A stretch of 64,000 nucleotides of DNA from Fistulifera solaris. Taxonomy: Eukaryota. Location: assembly GCA_030295235.1 (NCBI GenBank), contig AP026124.1:1-64000 (forward strand). Reading direction: 5' to 3'. Under the pieces are notes generated by a model, which did not search any database, was not told where the DNA came from, and worked only from the letters and a program-made list of their open reading frames with translations. Positions 22,012 through 34,038 of this stretch are shown piece after piece. A program made the translations under genes and the position numbers. Within the stretch, counting starts at the first letter, position 1; each line of letters begins with the position of its first letter.

Positions 22012-22396
22012 TGCGATTTCTATACGAAGAATCGATATCAAAAACGATATCGACGGAATGAAAAGGTATGAAATAGCCTTTTGTATCTTCCAGAATAGAA
22101 AAAGCTTTATAATATTATACGACGAGCTACGCGGTAATAAGCCAACGAATGCCGCCCATAACCATAAGGCCATGCTTTTGAGGACCCGGAGCCCGGAGGT
22201 ACACTGAATCATGAATGACGAATGACTAACTCATTATCGTTTGCTCCGAACCCGGAAGTTGAAGGCTCACCAAAAATTCGCCGACCGTTGTGAGATTGAG
22301 ATGCAACATGCAGTGCATTCTATTAGAAAAGGTGTACGTTTCAATTCAAATTCATGTACTTGTATTGACCTATAATCGGATCCAAGACCTCTCAGA

Positions 22397-24727
22397 ATGA
22401 CATTTAATTCTATTAGACCCTATGGCTCGGATGTTCAAGTAAGAAGAAGCAGGACATCGATCAAACAAGGGGCACTGTTCCTTATCCTGATCGGTGTTTT
22501 TGCAGAGCACTCTCAGTCCTTTCTCTTTCATTTTCCCCAACATCAACGCACTTGCCCTTCAATATTATTATCATTGCAATGCAAAAGGCATACACTCAAT
22601 CGTCGTATCTGCTCGCAGTCGCCTTCAACACATTTTCTCAGCCTCTCTCAATCTACGTCAACTAATAACAACCGCAATCGCCGCTCATCGATGGACGATT
22701 CCTCCTCTTGGGAGCAGAGAATACGGAAAGCGGGACGACAGGGTCGCACAGATGAAGCTATTGAACTTTACGAGACGCTTTTGCAACAATCATCTTCCTT
22801 TCTTACAATACGTCACGTCAACTCTGCTATAGATGCCCTCGCTCGGGCGTCTCCTCCTCGATTAGAACAAGCCTTGCAACTGGCTCAATCCTCTCCTTGT
22901 CGTGTCAACGTTTATACACTGGGAATGCTTCTTAACGCATGTGCACGTGCTGGAGATGCCGCCACCGCACAGCGATGGCTGCGACAGGCGAATACTCTCT
23001 TTCCTAGAAATCCGATTACGCCCAATGAAGTGTGTTACCAAGCATGTATGACGGCGTGTGTCCAAGCAAATGACTTTGCTGCGTGTCGTAAATTGTTTCA
23101 TGAGGCTCTCGAGAAAGGAATTCCTTTGACCGTGATTGGTTACAATATTGTTCTGTCTGCCGCGGCGAAACAAGGGGATTGGCAAACAGCCATGGCTGTT
23201 GTAAAGCAAATGCAAGCACCAAATTCCACTACCCCTGTCCCAGATGCTGTTACGTACGGAACACTTTTAGCAGCATGCGAAGCGGCAGGGCAGTGGCTTC
23301 AAGTTCTCGAACAGGCGCAAGCCATGAAAAACGAAGGATTTCATCTTGATGTGAGGGCTTTGAGTAGTTGTCTCCATGCGTGCCAGCAGTTAGGACGCGC
23401 GGATCAAGCCTTGCAGCTACTAGAGCAGATGGAAGCATTACCGATGATTGATACGCAGGTACCTGATGCTGTGGCCTATCGTCTGGCTCTTTCGGCGTGT
23501 GCGCGGGGTGGGAAACTAGCGGAAGGTTTACGGTTGTTGGAAAAGTTGGAAACGCAATTTTCACATGAAGAAGCGAATGTCGTAGCATACACTGCTGCTA
23601 TTTCAGGGTGCGAATCAGAAGGACAGTGGAAAGTGGCATTTCGCTTAGTTGATCGCATGCGCAAACGCGGTGTTCAACCCAATGAAATGACATTTGTAGC
23701 AGTCCTTGCCGCTTGCGCCACTGCATGTGCACGCCAAGCTTTCTCGTTGGCATCCAAGACGTCTACAGACCTATCAGCTCCTAAAAACATTACGAGCTCG
23801 GAACCTTACCAACAGGCCATGAAGTTGTTGCGCGTCATGAAGAAAGATCCGACAGTAGTAAATCCCAATATTCACGTATACAATGCTGCTTTGCGTGTAT
23901 GTGCGGAGGCATGCGATTTGACAGGAGCATTTGCGCTCTATAGCGAGCTGCTTGAGGGCCCAGACTCATCTAGCAACGTGCCTGAAGGGACCGTCAGTTT
24001 GAAACCCAATATCGTCACATTCGGGACGTTGATGACTGCATGTGAGCGCGTAGGTAGTATGGAAGGTGTAAGTCAAGTGTTTCGCTGGATGCAGGAGTTT
24101 TCCGATCCTCCTATTAAGCCCAATGAAATCGTTTATGGTGCTGCCCTCAGTGCATGCCGACGTGCACAAAATGACGAACGCTCTTTCTTTTTGTTCGAGC
24201 AGATGTTACGAAACCAAAAGTTACGTCCGAACGTCGCTACATATAATACAGTTTTGCTTGCTCAAACCGAAGCGAATACGAAGATATCAATGACAAGGGC
24301 GCTGTCCGTCTTTCGATCTCTTTACAACAGCCCCTACACACAGCCCAATCGGCAATCGTATCAAATCATGATTCGTGCTCTTGCTTTGGATCGACGGCCT
24401 CTAGAAGCCATGACGTTACTGCAACAAATGCAACAGGCTGGGTTCCGTCCAGATGTAGATTTATATACCTGCACCGTTACGGCGTTCGAAAAGACGGGAC
24501 AGCCTGCACAAGCGCTTAAGTTGATGGAGGCCATGCGCGCCGATGGGTATGACTTCTATTCCAACGGAGTGCTTGATGCGGCATTCAAGCAAGGGGTACA
24601 GATTGTGAGTTCAGTCCAACGTGGTTTGGAAACGAAAAAGGTACGAAGGTCCATCGATACAGGATTGCCTGCACCTCGCTCGTTCAATGAAACCATAGCG
24701 CAATGGATAGCTCCTAGTATGGAATAA
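22397..24727 (+). CDS. Pentatricopeptide repeat (PPR) protein, organelle-targeted
   Basis: Many ~35-aa repeats of the PN/PD..Y/F..L..AC...G....A..L...M...G..P type. Hydrophobic segment then SQS-FLF near the N-terminus. Confidence 0.92.
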   Translation: MTFNSIRPYGSDVQVRRSRTSIKQGALFLILIGVFAEHSQSFLFHFPQHQRTCPSILLSLQCKRHTLNRRICSQSPSTHFLSLSQSTSTNNNRNRRSSMDDSSSWEQRIRKAGRQGRTDEAIELYETLLQQSSSFLTIRHVNSAIDALARASPPRLEQALQLAQSSPCRVNVYTLGMLLNACARAGDAATAQRWLRQANTLFPRNPITPNEVCYQACMTACVQANDFAACRKLFHEALEKGIPLTVIGYNIVLSAAAKQGDWQTAMAVVKQMQAPNSTTPVPDAVTYGTLLAACEAAGQWLQVLEQAQAMKNEGFHLDVRALSSCLHACQQLGRADQALQLLEQMEALPMIDTQVPDAVAYRLALSACARGGKLAEGLRLLEKLETQFSHEEANVVAYTAAISGCESEGQWKVAFRLVDRMRKRGVQPNEMTFVAVLAACATACARQAFSLASKTSTDLSAPKNITSSEPYQQAMKLLRVMKKDPTVVNPNIHVYNAALRVCAEACDLTGAFALYSELLEGPDSSSNVPEGTVSLKPNIVTFGTLMTACERVGSMEGVSQVFRWMQEFSDPPIKPNEIVYGAALSACRRAQNDERSFFLFEQMLRNQKLRPNVATYNTVLLAQTEANTKISMTRALSVFRSLYNSPYTQPNRQSYQIMIRALALDRRPLEAMTLLQQMQQAGFRPDVDLYTCTVTAFEKTGQPAQALKLMEAMRADGYDFYSNGVLDAAFKQGVQIVSSVQRGLETKKVRRSIDTGLPAPRSFNETIAQWIAPSME

Positions 24728-24818
24728 ATTCTGTGATCCTAAGTAGTAATGATTTGAGTTAATGTGAATCTAAGAAGCAGCTAACAACAATGTGTCATAT
24801 TTTCCGCATCTCACTAGC

Positions 24819-25862
24819 CTACTTCATCGCCATGACGATTTTGTAAACCGCCATACCCAACAATCCCATTTGCATGGGTTCCATCGTGGCCACGTTTTGT
24901 CGTACTGTTTGCACCGAGAAGCGTCCCGTAGAAGGGTCAGTACCCAAAGTGCTGACGGTTCGAAATACATAAGCAGCTGACATGATTATCCCCAGATGCT
25001 GATACCATGACTTGGCTGGTTTTTTGGCGGTATATCCAAACGAGGAATCCATCGGAGGCATTTCCACTAACGAGGGTCGTTCATCTGCGGCCATCGCCTC
25101 ATTTAGCGACACCCCAAACGGCTTTAACTCCTTCGCATCATCGTATCCTAGTTTATAATATCGTTCCTTGAGTGTATCTTCGTAAAGAAATCTCGCCGCT
25201 GATGATGAAGCGGATTGCGCGCTAAAGTCGTCATGTAGGTTCAGCATCGACGGTGCAGAGCTAGAAAAAGAAGGTATGATCGATCGCACGAAAAAGACAA
25301 GAATTAATCCCATGAAGGCCGTACTCATGTACTGATTCGAGGCGATTTGTGAACCTACATAAGGGATTTCCTGAATCCGCTCGCGACAGCGTTGAGGGAA
25401 ATTTCGTAGCATCGTCTGTCGAGAGGAACCCCAATCAGGTGCAACGATTGTCACCAAAAGTAAAGTGAAACTGATCACCATGAGCACTCGGGTAAATCCA
25501 ACGAAGTAAATCACAACAAGAAGGAGTACACATGCCGCAACTCCTGCATAATGCAACGGTAATCCTGTTCGTTGCTGAATTTGTTGCGTCGCATTTTGAA
25601 CATATCGCTGCACATTACGATCGTTTCGCAACAATTGATACTGCCCTGCCATCTGTTCCATCCAGCTCGCCTTGACGAGATTCTCTGCTTTTAATGCAAT
25701 TTGATCTTGTGATACCGCCATGTGTACAATGTATCGCTGTCGATCGGCTGCATATTGCAAAACGATCCCCAAAGCTCCGTTCCGATCGGCACGACTCGTG
25801 TTTTGTATTTTCACAACGGTTGTTGGCGGATTTGTTACCCAACCGTTCGGATCGCTAGCCAT
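24819..25862 (-). CDS. Hypothetical membrane protein with an N-terminal SH3/KOW-like segment
   Basis: Long uninterrupted ORF with several hydrophobic helices. N-terminal VKIQN..RADRNG..G.V..Y....RY.V...ALK.ENL. Confidence 0.75.
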   Translation of the reverse strand: MASDPNGWVTNPPTTVVKIQNTSRADRNGALGIVLQYAADRQRYIVHMAVSQDQIALKAENLVKASWMEQMAGQYQLLRNDRNVQRYVQNATQQIQQRTGLPLHYAGVAACVLLLVVIYFVGFTRVLMVISFTLLLVTIVAPDWGSSRQTMLRNFPQRCRERIQEIPYVGSQIASNQYMSTAFMGLILVFFVRSIIPSFSSSAPSMLNLHDDFSAQSASSSAARFLYEDTLKERYYKLGYDDAKELKPFGVSLNEAMAADERPSLVEMPPMDSSFGYTAKKPAKSWYQHLGIIMSAAYVFRTVSTLGTDPSTGRFSVQTVRQNVATMEPMQMGLLGMAVYKIVMAMK

Positions 25863-26384
25863 TCCTTGGTAGTATTGCGAATTCAATAAGCAGAAAAAGA
25901 AGGAATAGATTGCAAACTAAGTAAATGAATGATTTATATCATCAAACATCAATCGTACTTTGTAATGAAGCGATGCTTCGACATTTTGACATCGCCTATA
26001 ACGCATCATTATTTACCGGTACCCTACCAGGTACCTTGTACTCTACAATGTTGTGTATTGCACGAGAAGATCGCGAGACGCATGACGCACGTACCGGTAC
26101 CGGTACTGGTTCATACTTTGTATATTATATACCGTACTTGTACCTGGTACCGGTCAGGTACGGTTGTTGAAAGGGGAAGTTTGAAACGAGCTATACTTGT
26201 ACTCCAGTAGTTTTTTTGAACAAAGACTAAAGTCACTGAAAACTAACCAAAACAAGTTATCAATCAGAACCGCACTGAACCGTAACACAAATTAAATGCA
26301 AGGTTGAATGCGCGAGAACAGCAGTTTCAAAGTGATTTGATACCTCTAAGTATCAAAAGTGAATTGACGGCGTCTTGTATTTCG

Positions 26385-28234
26385 CTAGAGAAGGACCAGG
26401 ACTAATCCCAACATAACCCCGACTCCTACCAGCATTCCCAAAACCCATTGAAGAGTCTGCCCGACAGTCTCTCTCTCAATCAATTTAAAATCACTAGCGT
26501 CGACGTCCGCTAGGCTGCTTGCTGCATCGCTTTCAAACTCTTTCGCCAAATGCGCACCTACCATGGGAACATCCACACCTCGAGCACCAAGACCAATCAC
26601 CTTGATCACCATAATAAACCGACTGGTAGATAAAATCTCGATGGTGATTCCTGTGCTTTGTAGAGTGCCTGTTGAGTACGAGTCGGTGTTGGGAAAGGGC
26701 CCGCCTGGACTCAAAACATGGCCTTTTACGAAGAAGTCCTCTTCATCACCTATGTTCTTTCCTTTTTCTATATCGTATCTACCGTCCGCTTGTTGAACGG
26801 CAAGCATGTAATGATCCGCTGGCCAACCGGCACTACCGGGATATCCAACTTTTTTCTGCAGTGACTGATTCTCGTCGACGTGGTATATCACAATACCTAG
26901 CGATTCAAATACAAGCGAAAAAAGACAATCGCAGAGTGAGTCAGCATAGCTGTGTATTGACGCATAGTAGAGTCACTGCGGTAATCTTACCTCCAGTAGG
27001 AACATCCTTATCGAAAAGGATCGGTTGCTTGTTTTCTATCAAAAGGTATTCTCCTTGCGGGTAATTCTTGGATATTTTATACAATTGCGACGACATTTCC
27101 AATGGTTGGAGCGCGTAGTATCCATCGTACGTGATTTCGATAGGTTCAGCCCACCCGATTCGTGCCCGACACCATCCGTCCAAATGCCCTGGAGTTTGAG
27201 CCGAAAAATCCCAACCTTGACTGCTGCTCATCGTTGTGAAACGACCTACGCCGCCCACGGGTGGAACATTCAAATCGTACAGGTCCGGCAGACCAAATCC
27301 GTGCGAAAATTCGTGTACTATCGGTCCAATGACTGCATTGGTCACCGAAAACTGTGTCGGATCCCGACTCAGACAAGTTGGAATGCCAAAGGCTGATAAC
27401 ATGGAAAACCCTCCTACTTCTATAAAGTCCTTTGATATCCACTGTGCGTGATCTGGATTAGGATCGGCCGATCCAGTGGACCAAATACGGTCTTTTCGTT
27501 CTCCGTTGTGATGTAGACAAGTTGTCAAATCCTCTGGTTTCAGTTGGTTCGAGTTGCATGGATTAGTTATTCGATTTGTTTGATACAAATGCGCCCAATT
27601 TACACTATGACTTACTAGATTCCGCCATGTATCCTGAATGTAGAACGACAAGATGATTCAGGTACCCTTCCGGGCTAACAAAGCCAGTCCACCAATCATG
27701 CTTCGGATCGTTGTCGACTTTGTCTAATGCAAATTGAAAGAATGGGAAAAAGTTTTGACCCCAGCCAGATTTTCCTGCTGCCATTTCTACCTCTGTTTTT
27801 GTTGATACCTCCCAGTCGCGAATAACGAATTGAGGTACGTACTTCCCATTGCTATTTTGTCGAAGCCATTCTCTGACGGATCCGATTTCATTAATCTCGC
27901 TAGTGCCGTTGCCATTGAAAAACTCTTCCAAATACTCTATAGTAGGCACTTCTCGGTCCACATGATCAGCAAATTTGACAGGAAGAACGAGAACCTTGAT
28001 ATTTTCACCGACGGAAGGATTGAGGCGGCGTTTCGGCTTTTGGAATAAACATTCTCCCTTGGATTGATTGTGACAGCGACTTGATGGGTCCAAAGAAGAA
28101 TAGGTTGATTCTGCGTCTCTTAATTGCAGCCACTGATTTACTTCCTCCACTGAATATATTTTTGCGATTGTGTGCACGAAACTGAAAAGACTGCAAAGAA
28201 AATATGGAACCAAAATATGAGAAGCCTTTCTCAT
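26385..28234 (-). CDS. M6 family (immune inhibitor A-like) zinc metalloprotease with signal peptide and C-terminal TM anchor; introns 27615-27534 and 26990-26897
   Basis: KVLVLPVKFADH, GSVREWL..NSNGK, HEFSHGFGLPDLYD, GGVGRF..MS, HLDGWCR.RIGW, GEYLLIENKQ, GG|IVIYHVDE. Confidence 0.9.
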
Positions 28235-28959
28235 TTTTGTGAATAATTGTGTGGCGGCACAAACATCCAAGCGCTTCGTGAAGCCTCCAATTCCACGCGA
28301 CTGATTACCCGATAGGGCAATGCTTGTTGGCTCTGAAAGATCGGGTAAAGCCGAGATTGGTGAAGATGGTTTGATTGACTTTTTGTTGACTTGACGACCA
28401 TCGATGGTGATGAAGTCGTTCATGCTAGAAGGCATACCTAGTAATCGAAAGAAGTTGAGGGTGCGACGTTCTGTACTCTTCACTATCACCACCAATCCAG
28501 CAACATTTCACAAGTCGGAAGGGAAACTTTGTACGGTCGGATTTAGGCCCAACAGAGAAACCAAGACTACAGAAGAATGATGTAGAGAAAGTTCTTTGCC
28601 TAAGAATTTGTTGGCTGCAATCGTATCAAACGTCAAGAGAGTCATTTACCGACCAAAAGGCCCAAATATCGACGGGTACTTTGTACTTTGTAGAGGAGTC
28701 GACGTAGTTGGCGCTTCGCCGTTGATGTTGAACGTTGAACTCTTGAAACTTGAAATCGGCTCTCCACACTCCACAGATTTCTGTAGTTCAAAGTTCAAAA
28801 CGTTTAAGTTTTAGCGAGATATAGGATGATTTACTCTATGCCTGTAAGTCCCGCTCAGGACACTAATCTCGATCAACACGGTTCGAAAAAAAGCTAAACG
28901 AAACAATGAAACAATGAAGCGGTTGATGGATCGCAAATGAATGAATATTAGCAAGCCGA

Positions 28960-30609
28960 ATGATACTCAAATCTATAACAATCTTGACCTTTCTCTGTTG
29001 TATAAATGCGCAATCTATCATTTGGGCGTCTAATGGCGGCGGATGGCGGTCGATGGCGACTGTTGTAGGATTTGCTAACGTTTTCTATCAAGCTGGCCTC
29101 ATTGAAGACGACGCGTGTGCCTTTGAAGCGATATCCACAAACTCTGGAGCATCCTGGTTTAACACACAATTCTTCTACTCGACTAAATTCTTCGAAGCCG
29201 TCACACAGTCGACACCGGATGAGTTATACGACTTTGTGGTGGACTGGATGGAATCATATGCAGCAATCTTTGATCGAAATCGCCACAATACAGAGGGATG
29301 GCGCTGTGATAAGTTTAGACGTCGATATCAATGGATACATGTTGCAGATATGTTTGCATGCATGTTTGAGACTGCTACTGCAAAATACGGCGATCCTGGG
29401 TGGATGGATCGTCTAGCGACACCCGAGAATCGAGTACCTGCTCTTCAAAAGACAAACATGTACTTGCAAAGTGCTCTTATCCCAACCTATCGTCATCGAC
29501 GGCGTATTCTACGCGATAAAGTTACCTATTGGGGACCTAAGAGGTCGCAAGAGAGCGATGAAGTCGGATTCTCTACCAATTTACCCGTGCATTTGGCCGT
29601 CAAAACAACTGGTTTAGAGTGGAAACTGGCGGTCGAAGACCAAGATCTTCCATTGACAGGGTATACTGCGATAGCACCCAGAACATTTCATTTTGATGAC
29701 TGGCGACGGTTTCACTTGTATCCAGCTCAATCTGGAACTGTGTACACAACGGATCTGCCAGATAGGTACGAACGCGGAATTCAAATGAGGGAATTTTTTG
29801 AAGGAAAGCCAACAGCACTCCAGGCAGCTCTGGCGGGAAGCATGGCTACGAGCGAATTGGACACCAGCGGTCCATCCACCTTCGCGCAACGACAGTCAGT
29901 AGAGTTATATGCTATTCGAAATGGTAATTCAACGAGGAAAAAACATGAAGAACTTCGTCTCATCAGGCAATCGAATTTGCTTTATAGGACATTGGAGACA
30001 ATCAATGAGTTTGCCATTTGTACTCAATATCCAAATAAGTGCGACGAGCGTGATGTTCACTTGGGAGATGGCGGAAGCACAGACGGAACATCTGTTGCGC
30101 TGGCAATCGCTCAGCACCAAAGTGAAGGGAACACGACTACACCTTTGAAAGTCATTGTAACGTTGACCTTTTTCCTTGACAACTATGATTCCAAGTTCTT
30201 GGCATATTTTGATACAGCATTCAATGAAGAAGTTTCTCCAGGAGATTTCATATGGATTCCCAGCACAGACGATCCGAATGTTCCTGGGCCAAATCCGTGG
30301 CGATCGCCACAAATATTCGCTGAAGCCATGGACCAAACGACTTTGAATACGCTAAGAGAAGAGGGCCGGCTCGGAAGCGTGAATGCTTCGGCGTTTCAGT
30401 TGACTCTAACTACCATTTCCAACCCAGCTTTTCATATAACTGCAAACCAATCCGTGAACATGCTCGTTCTCACATACTACGGCTCAACGCCTACATTCCT
30501 CATCGGCGATGGAGTAAACGAGTTCAAAGGAAATACCGCGCAAATTTCCAAAGATCTGGCCAGTGACCAAGAACTTCTGGCCGCTGTCAATGATTTCATA
30601 ACGCTTTAG
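28960..30609 (+). CDS. Secreted patatin/cPLA2-superfamily lipid acyl hydrolase-like protein
   Basis: Signal peptide, then SNGGGWRSM (oxyanion GGGxR), STNSGASW (nucleophile elbow) and LGDGG (catalytic Asp motif), in the expected order. Confidence 0.7.
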   Translation: MILKSITILTFLCCINAQSIIWASNGGGWRSMATVVGFANVFYQAGLIEDDACAFEAISTNSGASWFNTQFFYSTKFFEAVTQSTPDELYDFVVDWMESYAAIFDRNRHNTEGWRCDKFRRRYQWIHVADMFACMFETATAKYGDPGWMDRLATPENRVPALQKTNMYLQSALIPTYRHRRRILRDKVTYWGPKRSQESDEVGFSTNLPVHLAVKTTGLEWKLAVEDQDLPLTGYTAIAPRTFHFDDWRRFHLYPAQSGTVYTTDLPDRYERGIQMREFFEGKPTALQAALAGSMATSELDTSGPSTFAQRQSVELYAIRNGNSTRKKHEELRLIRQSNLLYRTLETINEFAICTQYPNKCDERDVHLGDGGSTDGTSVALAIAQHQSEGNTTTPLKVIVTLTFFLDNYDSKFLAYFDTAFNEEVSPGDFIWIPSTDDPNVPGPNPWRSPQIFAEAMDQTTLNTLREEGRLGSVNASAFQLTLTTISNPAFHITANQSVNMLVLTYYGSTPTFLIGDGVNEFKGNTAQISKDLASDQELLAAVNDFITL

Positions 30610-30747
30610 CTAATCTCTTCTTCGACAAAACCTAAGGAGTCAATGATCACAGAGATTAAATCACCATTTTCATTATTAGCAAGCAATGGTTTAGCTGTGT
30701 ATATGAGTGTTGCTGTGGGAAAGAATTATTTCGTTTCTTTGATTTTT

Positions 30748-32043
30748 TCAGCACTTCGCCGCCAATAAAGGAGCGGTTTTGGTCATGCGGAGGCCACCGC
30801 CTTCGACTTCGTAGATTCCAATTTTACGACAAGCTTCTGCCCATTCCTGTTTACCCGCCATGGCAATCAGTTTTGTTTCTTTGAGCTTCAGCAGTTTCTT
30901 ACGCGCAAATTCATCAATCGTTTTGCAAGATGTCAACAAATGCGTAGTGGACATGTTTTGTGCTGCTTGGTAGACACCATCCAACCTCGTGGGGAAATAG
31001 ACTGCCCCACGGACGCGACTCCTCTGTGGGACATGGGCACAGTGTTTGCAACGTATGCCGACTTGCCCTAGCACAACCGGCTTTTTACGGCCTTGCGTGC
31101 TTGATTCTACGTCTTTCTTGTCGGCGATAAAGAACTCGAGTTGCTGACGAACCATGATTTGATAACTGCTCATGCGCTCATCGTCCGTGTCCATGGCCAT
31201 AGGAAATGCGCCATAAATGACGTCTTTTTCGTTTTCTGCTTGTAAAGCAGGAGCGATGGGAATGTGTTGCGCGGCCGTGAGCGGAATCAGGAGCGGTGCA
31301 AGGGCAGTGGCTGGACCTGCATTTGTGGAAGTTGCTGGCCTTCCATTATTTGCAGACAGAGCAATCAACGTTTGCACCAAATCTATATTTTCTTTCGACA
31401 ATCTATTAAGCTCATTTGACTCCTGAGTTGCTGCCTGAGTTGCTACAGGAGGGGTGTTCATCGCAAGAGGAGGCATGTGGGTCAAAGCAGGCGGCGAATC
31501 ATTATTTCGGGGCGAACTTTTACACTGTTGTAAGCTTTGTATCGAGGCTTGAGTGGCATTCTTCAGCAACTCCATGATATGGTGACTAGGATCTGAAGTT
31601 GTGGGGAGCACCGAAGGCGGCTGTGCAAAGTTTGTTCTTTGCAGAGGAGGTGCGCTCGCCTGTTGCACTTGAACAGCCAAGGCCGTGAGCGTTTGTGCAA
31701 AGTGAGAGGCAGGAGGAACGGGCTTCTTTAAGCCGTCATCTTTGACTGTGGAAAATTCACTTAGACCGAAATGACTGGGTTTGACAAGGTCTGCGGATGC
31801 TGAAGTAATTGAATCCCAAATGCTTTTCTTTGGCTTTACACGTCTCTTTTCGCCTTCGTCAAAAGCACTACTGGGCTTGTTACTATTGCTCGAATCGGAT
31901 CCTGATGTATCGGTAGCAGGGTGCAGCTCAGGCGAAGAATCGCTTGTTCGATCATTTCCGTCAGAAGACATCGAATCGTCTTGTCGAGCACCGAAATCTT
32001 TCCGTTTCAAGCTGTTGTTACATGATATTGTGTTGCTCGTCAT
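30748..32043 (-). CDS. Diatom-type uncharacterised protein: low-complexity N-terminus plus C-terminal 'GQVGIRCxxC...GAVYFP...YQAxQNM' domain
   Basis: Long ORF; the conserved C-terminal domain is shared with 34668-35987. Confidence 0.8.
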   Translation of the reverse strand: MTSNTISCNNSLKRKDFGARQDDSMSSDGNDRTSDSSPELHPATDTSGSDSSNSNKPSSAFDEGEKRRVKPKKSIWDSITSASADLVKPSHFGLSEFSTVKDDGLKKPVPPASHFAQTLTALAVQVQQASAPPLQRTNFAQPPSVLPTTSDPSHHIMELLKNATQASIQSLQQCKSSPRNNDSPPALTHMPPLAMNTPPVATQAATQESNELNRLSKENIDLVQTLIALSANNGRPATSTNAGPATALAPLLIPLTAAQHIPIAPALQAENEKDVIYGAFPMAMDTDDERMSSYQIMVRQQLEFFIADKKDVESSTQGRKKPVVLGQVGIRCKHCAHVPQRSRVRGAVYFPTRLDGVYQAAQNMSTTHLLTSCKTIDEFARKKLLKLKETKLIAMAGKQEWAEACRKIGIYEVEGGGLRMTKTAPLLAAKC

Positions 32044-32943
32044 GTCTCGATTGATGTACGACAGGTTAGCCGATCTATTAGAGACAACTGCAGCTCGCAC
32101 AAGCTCTAACGCGTTGAATTATACAAAGTATTGAGTGTCTTACTTGATTATTTGGTTTTTCTTCCATTTACTTTCCACCTCTCTTTCTGTGATTGCTGAT
32201 AGTCGTCTAATAATGACATCACTCACCGAATGCGCCGTTTATCGCCTTTCGTCAAGTCCGTCCTCTCCGTTTTGCTGAAGAAGCTACGGCTATGGGAAAA
32301 GTCAGAACACGTCAGGTACGTCATTTCTTATAGTTCTCTTTTCGCCATACTGGATGATTCACAATCGTGTTTCGTGTGTTTTCACCTTCACACGTTTCTT
32401 CCAACACAATTTAGCCTTGGGGGCAAAAGTGCCAGTCGGCCATCTGTGCCTCAAACAATAATTATTACTTGTACGGATCGTTTCCCTAACCGTTTGAACG
32501 AAGAATCAGAATGAATCGTCATCGTCACCGAGCAACCTCGCCCTTGACCCTTGACTTTCGATTTGACCACGCAGCACGCAGAGAAGAAATTGAAAACCGC
32601 TACGAGCTACCGTACGAGTTTCCGTTCGCCTTCAATACTTGTACTGGTACCTATGGTAACGTTTAACTATTCCTCCTCCTTGCTCAACCCTAGACTTTGA
32701 GGCTTACTACACGGCTTTCAATTCTTTGCTATGCGAAAATTACCGTGTCGCTGCTCAGCACAGCTATCGTAGACATCCCATTCCAAATTAGTGCTCTACA
32801 ACAGCATCAGTTCCTCGCTTTATCTCAAAATCGTCGTTCATCTCGCTTATTTATGAACAATGTCTGGTAGCTCATTAAATTCGAAAACAAATGATAAATC
32901 TTCTTATTTAATTTATGTTACCCTATGCTGGTCGCTAAGATAG

Positions 32944-34038
32944 TTAAATGATCTCTTGTGGCCGTAAAGGTGTACCGTACTCATTCTTCCCTTCCTTGCG
33001 ATCGTAATCGTCATCGTCATAATCATTATTGTCGTCGTCGTCCTTTTTCAAAAGAGCATCTGGCTCCTCGTCACCGAACAGAGACTGCTGCTTCTTTGAT
33101 TTCGCCTGATTGCTGTTGCTATTATTCCTGTTATTATCATGGTCGTCGTCGTCACCAAAGCTTCGCGTGTCCGATTCATCCTCATCGTCGTGGCTCTCTT
33201 TCGACGACAAGGACTCGTCGTCTTCTGGATCATACTCATCATCCGAGTCTCTTCCGAAAACAGTAATGAACGGTTGGCATTGATATCGATCAAAGATGTA
33301 AGCCAAACATAAGGCCGCCATGAGATCATTTCCAGGCCCGACTTTCACAACATTCTTCCATTGATCTATATGAATAGTTGTTCGCCCGGATGTCGCTCGC
33401 TTGAACTTTGCAGCCCACTTGCCGAAGCGTACCGCATTAGTGCAACAGACTACCATGAATCCCATCCAGGGGTTCTCCGCCATCATCCTTGGCGGGCCAG
33501 TCTTCATATCATTATTGAACAAGCGGTAGAAGAAACGTCCTTTCATGGCTGTGACTTGTACGTACGAAAAAGGATAAACTTTCTTGTTGTCGACATCGCG
33601 GTCTGTCAAAGGTGGCTGATCGGGCCAGTTGGGCTTATAGGTACAAATGTAATATCCATCTTTCCAAAACTCTTTCATGAGATGCCGTTTGATACATACT
33701 AGCCGCCGTCCTTCTAGATCTCCAAAAACAGCTTCGTAAGATCTCATTTCGTTGGTTTGATCAAGCAGAACAAACATTTCATTCCCATCATAATCTGTAA
33801 TGACTGTATCGGGACGCCACGCCCCATTCGGAATTCGGAGGGTTACCGATTCAGCTGTTGGAGGAAAGCCGCAAAGAGTTCGCCACGGCTATTGTCGGAC
33901 GATATAAAAGAGTAATGAAAGATGAGGGTTGCAGTAGCATAGACGGCCAAGAAAGAGAGACATTTGTGAATCGTTTCGTGAGATGCCAAAATCGGAATGG
34001 AACTACACCTCGCGTAAAAAAACAATTCTATTTACCAT
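32944..34038 (-). CDS. LURP-one-related / Tubby-C-like domain protein with acidic tail; tentative 3-nt first coding exon (ATG 34038-34036), intron 34035-33889
   Basis: The frame stays open upstream of 33777 to an AG acceptor (PWRTLCGFPP...ITDYDGNEMF). D.EG..L..IK and V.VGPGND...ALCLA resemble the LOR/Tub_2 fold. Confidence 0.65.
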
